Below are positions 26,768 through 32,000 of a DNA stretch of 32,000 bases, in pieces. Location: assembly GCF_022701215.1 (NCBI RefSeq), contig NZ_CP089976.1, positions 420,001 through 452,000 of the forward strand, written 5' to 3'. Source of the DNA: Moraxella nasovis (GTDB lineage: Bacteria; Pseudomonadota; Gammaproteobacteria; Pseudomonadales; Moraxellaceae). A program made the translations under genes and the position numbers. Position 1 is the stretch's first letter. The number at the start of each line of letters is the position of its first letter. The notes under the pieces are model-generated. The model was not told where the DNA came from, made no database searches, and worked only from the letters and a program-made list of their open reading frames with translations.

Positions 26768-28411
26768 TTACTGGCTAAGTTTGATATCATTAGGGTGGCT
26801 TTGCACCTCATCAATTAGCACTTCTTCTTGCACTTCATCAACAGATTGTAATTGGCTTTTGCCATTAGTCTTAGGTTGATTATCATTCATATTATAAGGC
26901 ATACTAATCATCGTACCATCTTGGCGAATGCTTGCTTCTTCTGAACGAAACTTAACTTGGTTTTTTGCTAAATGATGATGTTGATGCATGATACTGTCTT
27001 GACTAATGTCATCTTCATCATTCTCATTAGGCACTGCTGAATTAGACACTGCTAAAATCTCGTTGGTCTTAGCAACTATTGTACTTAGCTCTTTAAATGG
27101 GCTAAACTCAGCATGACGATTCACATCAAGCTTATAGCCTTGTTGCCATGGCATCAGCCCAAAATCTACTTGTAGTTTGTAAAAACTTGCAATCATTTGA
27201 GCTTGCACCTGTCGTAGCTGCTGCTCGTATTGCGATTGCTCACGCACAGCATTTAGCACCTCAAGCCAGCTTTTTCGCCCTGCGATGAATTGACGGCGAT
27301 ATGAATTAAGCACAATTTGAGCACCACCTACTGCAGCAGTAAGTGACAACTCTTGATCTTTTGCACTGATGAACTGCTGATACTGTGTTTGTATGTTTTC
27401 CATAACGGTACGCCTAGCCGCTTCTTGGCTTTGGGTTAAGCTTTGGACACGAGATTCGGACGCACGTGACAACGCCAAATTAGAAAACCCCGCTCCTGGA
27501 TCATAGCTTACGCCAACCATCACATCATCTGAATGGTCGCGTGTGCGGTGGTGGTAATTATTCTCATACTGGACGTATAATTTGGGATAATAGTTTGCCT
27601 TTTGAGCTTTCACATCTTGGCGTGCCGCCTCAATTTCGTACTGCTGTCTTATAACAATCGGATGAGTTCGGCTAATATCACCGAACGCCAACTGACCAAA
27701 ATTGGCTGCATTTTTCTTCACTTCTTGAGTCATTTTAGCCAAAGAAAGACCAGATTCTATCCGCTCTATCGGCTGTCCAATCAGCTGCTCTAGTCGTGCT
27801 TCGGCAATTTTTTGTTGCTCAATAGCACCTTGTAAGGCATTTTGGTCTTGTAAAATACGGTTGGTAATCAACTCAAGTTCAATCTTTGCTGAAGCACCTT
27901 GGGCAACACGTCGCTTCATCATTGCCTCAAACTCATCAAGCTGCTTAAGATTGCTGACATACAGTTCTTGTAGTGCTAATGAATAGATATAGCCTTGCCA
28001 AATATCAATAGCATTTTTAGCGACAGTGTTTTGTTGCTCTAAAATCTTAGCTGTTGCTGCTTTATCGTCATAAATAGCTCGGTTCACATCAGCAGTCAGC
28101 TTACCCCCTGTCCATACTGGCTGACGCACAATTAGACTTGTTGTTATGCCATTTGCGTTGTTATGACTTGTGCTTAAAGATGGCGTCGGAAAGAACCCTA
28201 ATTTTGCTGCTGTTACGCCCTCGGTCGTTGCTTGCTGGTCGGCACGTGCAGCACTGATGAGTGGGTGTGTTTGCACTGCATAAGAGATTAGCTCGTTCAC
28301 CTGAATGGGGTTTACGCCTGCCACTGCCTGATTGCACAGACTGACTATCGCAAAACCCAAAGCAACTTTTAGCTTATTGAGTTTACGTTGTGTTTTTTGT
28401 GATGTTTTCAT
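26768..28411 (-). CDS. TolC-family type I secretion outer-membrane protein
   Basis: A signal peptide precedes two TolC repeat halves with coiled-coil segments. It is the first gene of the T1SS operon. A non-TolC C-terminal tail of about 124 aa follows. Confidence 0.88.
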   Translation of the reverse strand: MKTSQKTQRKLNKLKVALGFAIVSLCNQAVAGVNPIQVNELISYAVQTHPLISAARADQQATTEGVTAAKLGFFPTPSLSTSHNNANGITTSLIVRQPVWTGGKLTADVNRAIYDDKAATAKILEQQNTVAKNAIDIWQGYIYSLALQELYVSNLKQLDEFEAMMKRRVAQGASAKIELELITNRILQDQNALQGAIEQQKIAEARLEQLIGQPIERIESGLSLAKMTQEVKKNAANFGQLAFGDISRTHPIVIRQQYEIEAARQDVKAQKANYYPKLYVQYENNYHHRTRDHSDDVMVGVSYDPGAGFSNLALSRASESRVQSLTQSQEAARRTVMENIQTQYQQFISAKDQELSLTAAVGGAQIVLNSYRRQFIAGRKSWLEVLNAVREQSQYEQQLRQVQAQMIASFYKLQVDFGLMPWQQGYKLDVNRHAEFSPFKELSTIVAKTNEILAVSNSAVPNENDEDDISQDSIMHQHHHLAKNQVKFRSEEASIRQDGTMISMPYNMNDNQPKTNGKSQLQSVDEVQEEVLIDEVQSHPNDIKLSQ

Positions 28412-28528
28412 GGTTAAATTGCCAAATTAACTTGGTCTGATATTATAATCTAAATAGTGATACGAAAGCTCAATTCTTAATGGATTAACTTAATGCCACA
28501 AAGCCAGTCCATACCATAAAGCTTAGCT

Positions 28529-28537
28529 ATTATAGCA
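28529..28537 (-). promoter_or_regulatory. Candidate extended -10 promoter (TGcTATAAT) for the T1SS operon
   Basis: The minus strand reads ttggttataattttgctataat about 118 nt upstream of the tolC-like ATG. Confidence 0.3.
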
Positions 28538-28656
28538 AAATTATAACCAAAAAAGCTAAAATAAACGCTACTCACCATCATCAATCTAGCATTTAATCAC
28601 AAATTAAATACAAAATAATCAGATAGACACACAGATGAGTAACGTTTTAATCATCG

Positions 28657-29652
28657 TTAAGCGTCAAAAACACAATCTTGGTACACCTTATCAAGTAAAA
28701 TACGTCCTTTTGGCGTTCTTTGAATATAGCCTTGCTGAATCAGATAAGGCTCGATCACATCTTCAAGCGTGCCACGATCTTCTGCCATAGCAGCAGCGAT
28801 CGCCTCAACCCCAGCAGGTCTACCATTAAACCTTTCCTTAAGCATCTGCAGATAACGCCTATCTAGGTGATCAAGCCCCTGCTTATCCACCGATAACATA
28901 TCTAAGGCATTGCCAGCCATGACCGCATTTACTAAGCCATCGCCTTTTACTTCAGCATAATCACGCACGCGACGCAGCAGTCTGTTAGCGATTCGTGGCG
29001 TACCACGACTGCGACGAGCAACTTCTAACGCACCGCCATCGTCCATCTGTATGCCCATTAGTCTTGCTGAACGTTGTACGATTGTTCTAAGATCGTTTAC
29101 ATCATAAAACTCAAGCCGCTGAGTAATCCCAAACCTATCTCTTAGTGGCGAGGTGAGTAGGCCTGCCCGAGTGGTTGCTGCCACAAGTGTAAACGGGGGT
29201 AAATCAAGCTTAATGGAGCGAGCAGCTGGGCCTTCGCCAATCATGATATCTAGCTGATAATCTTCCATCGCAGGGTATAAGATTTCTTCGATAACAGGGC
29301 TTAGTCTATGAATTTCGTCAATAAATAGCACATCGCCTTCTTCTAAGTTGGTAAGCATCGCTGCCAAATCACCTGCTCTTTCTAGTACAGGCCCTGATGT
29401 GGAGCGTAAATTACCACCCATCTCACGTGCTATGATGTTAGCAAGTGTGGTTTTACCAAGTCCCGGCGGTCCAAAAATCAGCACATGATCTAAAGCTTCT
29501 TCTCGGCGTCTGGCAGCAGTAATAAACACTTCCATCTGCTCACGAACTTTTGGCTGTCCAATATAGTCAGCTAGTGTCGCAGGACGGATGGCACGATCAA
29601 GTAGATCATCTTTTTTGGGATTTGGGTCGATTAAGCGGTTAAAAGAGGTCAT
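28657..29652 (-). CDS. ruvB: Holliday junction branch migration helicase RuvB
   Basis: It has [11 protein letters not shown], Walker [10 protein letters not shown], Walker [10 protein letters not shown], the sensor region [16 protein letters not shown] and a winged-helix C-terminus. Confidence 0.97.
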   Translation of the reverse strand: MTSFNRLIDPNPKKDDLLDRAIRPATLADYIGQPKVREQMEVFITAARRREEALDHVLIFGPPGLGKTTLANIIAREMGGNLRSTSGPVLERAGDLAAMLTNLEEGDVLFIDEIHRLSPVIEEILYPAMEDYQLDIMIGEGPAARSIKLDLPPFTLVAATTRAGLLTSPLRDRFGITQRLEFYDVNDLRTIVQRSARLMGIQMDDGGALEVARRSRGTPRIANRLLRRVRDYAEVKGDGLVNAVMAGNALDMLSVDKQGLDHLDRRYLQMLKERFNGRPAGVEAIAAAMAEDRGTLEDVIEPYLIQQGYIQRTPKGRILLDKVYQDCVFDA

Positions 29653-29926
29653 GATTTAGCATTTTATATTTATAAAGTTTGATCATGCATAGTATAAAGG
29701 ATTTATCATCGTTTGTCTTAAATTACCCATAAATAAGCAATCACGAGATTCTTTCGTTTATTTTGCACTAACACAGGGAATTCTTACAGATTTTTATAAA
29801 TATTACAATTATGTTGCAATAACCCGCTTGTCACTACAATAAACCTACACAAAGAGCTGATAAGTGATGTGATTTTTTAATCCAAACCCTTTATTATAAT
29901 CGCACTTTAAGTCATAATCATGTTGT

Positions 29927-30337
29927 ATGAAGAGATTAATCACAGTATCTGTCGACTCGCTTTGCATCACTGGCTTTGTTTGTGTTCTACTACTTGGGGC
30001 GATTCAGTCAAGTCATGCTGGTGCTATTAAAGCTGTCGGCTCATCAAACTACGCTGAATTAAATGCAAGTCTTTATGAAATCGCCCTTTTACAGGTGTTT
30101 TCAGAGATGTGTCCATCTATGCTAAACCCCAGTGAGCGGGTTGAATTTGCCTACGCTTATCGCCAACAGCTGTCTATATTCATCACTCACACAAGCAATC
30201 CCAAAGACACACTTAATTTCTTATCAAGCCAACCCAAATACCGCTTAACTCTCAAAAAGATGCGTGACTGGACACAAAGCTACCCTTGGTCAGTCAATCA
30301 GCGAATGTGCCAAGATTTTACCAAAATGACCTTTTAG
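29927..30337 (+). CDS. Hypothetical secreted protein (no recognised family)
   Basis: The 136-aa ORF has a plausible signal peptide (…VCVLLLGAIQSSHA|GA) and two Cys in the mature part. A TATAAT lies at 29895-29900. No clear RBS is present. Confidence 0.45.
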   Translation: MKRLITVSVDSLCITGFVCVLLLGAIQSSHAGAIKAVGSSNYAELNASLYEIALLQVFSEMCPSMLNPSERVEFAYAYRQQLSIFITHTSNPKDTLNFLSSQPKYRLTLKKMRDWTQSYPWSVNQRMCQDFTKMTF

Positions 30338-30372
30338 CAAGCTAAGACTTACGCCAAAACCAAGTAAAAATA

Positions 30373-30381
30373 TGCTATGAT
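30373..30381 (+). promoter_or_regulatory. Candidate extended -10 promoter (TGcTATGAT) for hemB
   Basis: The sequence tgctatgat lies 35 nt upstream of the ATG at 30416. Confidence 0.3.
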
Positions 30382-30391
30382 AAGCACCTAA

Positions 30392-31420
<1,029 letters not shown>

Positions 31421-31426
31421 TAAAAA

Positions 31427-31452
31427 CAGCTCCACTAAACAATGTGGGGCTG
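31427..31452 (+). terminator. Possible terminator after hemB
   Basis: The hairpin cagctccac-taaacaat-gtggggctg has one G:U pair. The T-run is weak. Confidence 0.4.
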
Positions 31453-31609
31453 TCAATTTATATCCTAAAACAGCCGCTAACACAGAGCAAAACCTGTTTA
31501 CTTTTTAGCTTAGATTTTGTACAAGCCCATTAACTTGCACCTAGCAGAAGCCCAAAAATCATGTTAGAATAAATTTACCATTATTCATTAAAATAAATCA
31601 AGGTACATC

Positions 31610-32000
31610 ATGACAGCAACAGCCCAAGAAAGAGTTGATGACACCGCTTTTAACAGCGACGCCGACCAACAAAAAAAGCAGTTTGAACAAAATGCCCTAC
31701 ACTATCACGAACATCCCCGCCCTGGTAAAATCTCAGTCACCCCAACCAAACAAATGGCAAACCAACGTGACTTGGCTCTTGCCTACTCTCCCGGTGTTGC
31801 AGTACCTTGCCTTGAGATTGAAAAAGATCCATCTGCTGCTGCTAAGTACACTGCTCGTGCCAACCTAGTGGGTGTCATCACCAATGGTACAGCCGTGCTT
31901 GGCTTAGGTAACATCGGTGCTTTAGCATCTAAGCCTGTTATGGAAGGTAAAGGTGTGCTATTTAAAAAGTTCGCTGGTGTAGATGTATTTGATATTGAGA
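31610..32000 (+). CDS. maeB: NADP-dependent malic enzyme, 5' partial (runs off the right edge)
   Basis: The frame from the ATG at 31610 is open to the end of the window. It reads MTATAQERV…[46 protein letters not shown]…[47 protein letters not shown], a classic MaeB N-terminus. It is not in the supplied ORF track because no stop falls inside the window. Confidence 0.9.
   Translation, partial: MTATAQERVDDTAFNSDADQQKKQFEQNALHYHEHPRPGKISVTPTKQMANQRDLALAYSPGVAVPCLEIEKDPSAAAKYTARANLVGVITNGTAVLGLGNIGALASKPVMEGKGVLFKKFAGVDVFDIE

Noticed and set aside
28477-28581. 34-aa minus-strand ORF (MMVSSVYFSFFGYNFAIIAKLYGMDWLCGIKLIH) upstream of the T1SS operon, considered as possible small cargo or bacteriocin
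   Set aside because: It has no Shine-Dalgarno sequence and no double-glycine leader. It overlaps the predicted promoter elements. The ABC exporter lacks a catalytic C39 cysteine needed to process such peptides.
29653-29926. SOS/LexA-type operator upstream of ruvB
   Set aside because: No CTGT-N8-ACAG-like palindrome is visible. Moraxellaceae are generally described as lacking a canonical LexA, so there is no basis for a call.
31635-31868. 77-aa ORF listed in the track near the right edge
   Set aside because: It is out of frame with, and inside, the much better supported maeB reading frame that starts at 31610 and stays open to the window end.

Overview
The window looks like an AT-rich chromosomal segment from a gammaproteobacterium of the Moraxellaceae, most likely Moraxella. 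That assignment is an inference from protein content and synteny, namely a CarO-like OMP, the yggS/pilT divergent pair and the ygfB/zapA locus. Most of it is housekeeping: mdh, slt, miaB, a Zn-ADH, ribF, ygfB, zapA, nadE, yggS, pilT, ruvB, hemB and the 5' end of maeB. The least ordinary part is a 12.8 kb same-strand gene train on the minus strand (15606-28411). It joins a complete type I secretion system (TolC-like OMP, ABC exporter, HlyD adaptor) to a DUF3465 lipoprotein, outer-membrane phospholipase A, ComF and a minor-pilin/PilY1 operon (pilV-W-X-Y1-E). No T1SS cargo gene is visible. The TolC and ABC proteins both carry unusual C-terminal tails. A nitronate monooxygenase gene at the left edge is broken by a +1 frameshift in a G6 homopolymer. 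I recognised no tRNA, rRNA, CRISPR array, IS element, integrase, prophage, toxin-antitoxin or known defence genes. I see no convincing novel system beyond the orphan T1SS module, and all functional ideas about that module are hypotheses.
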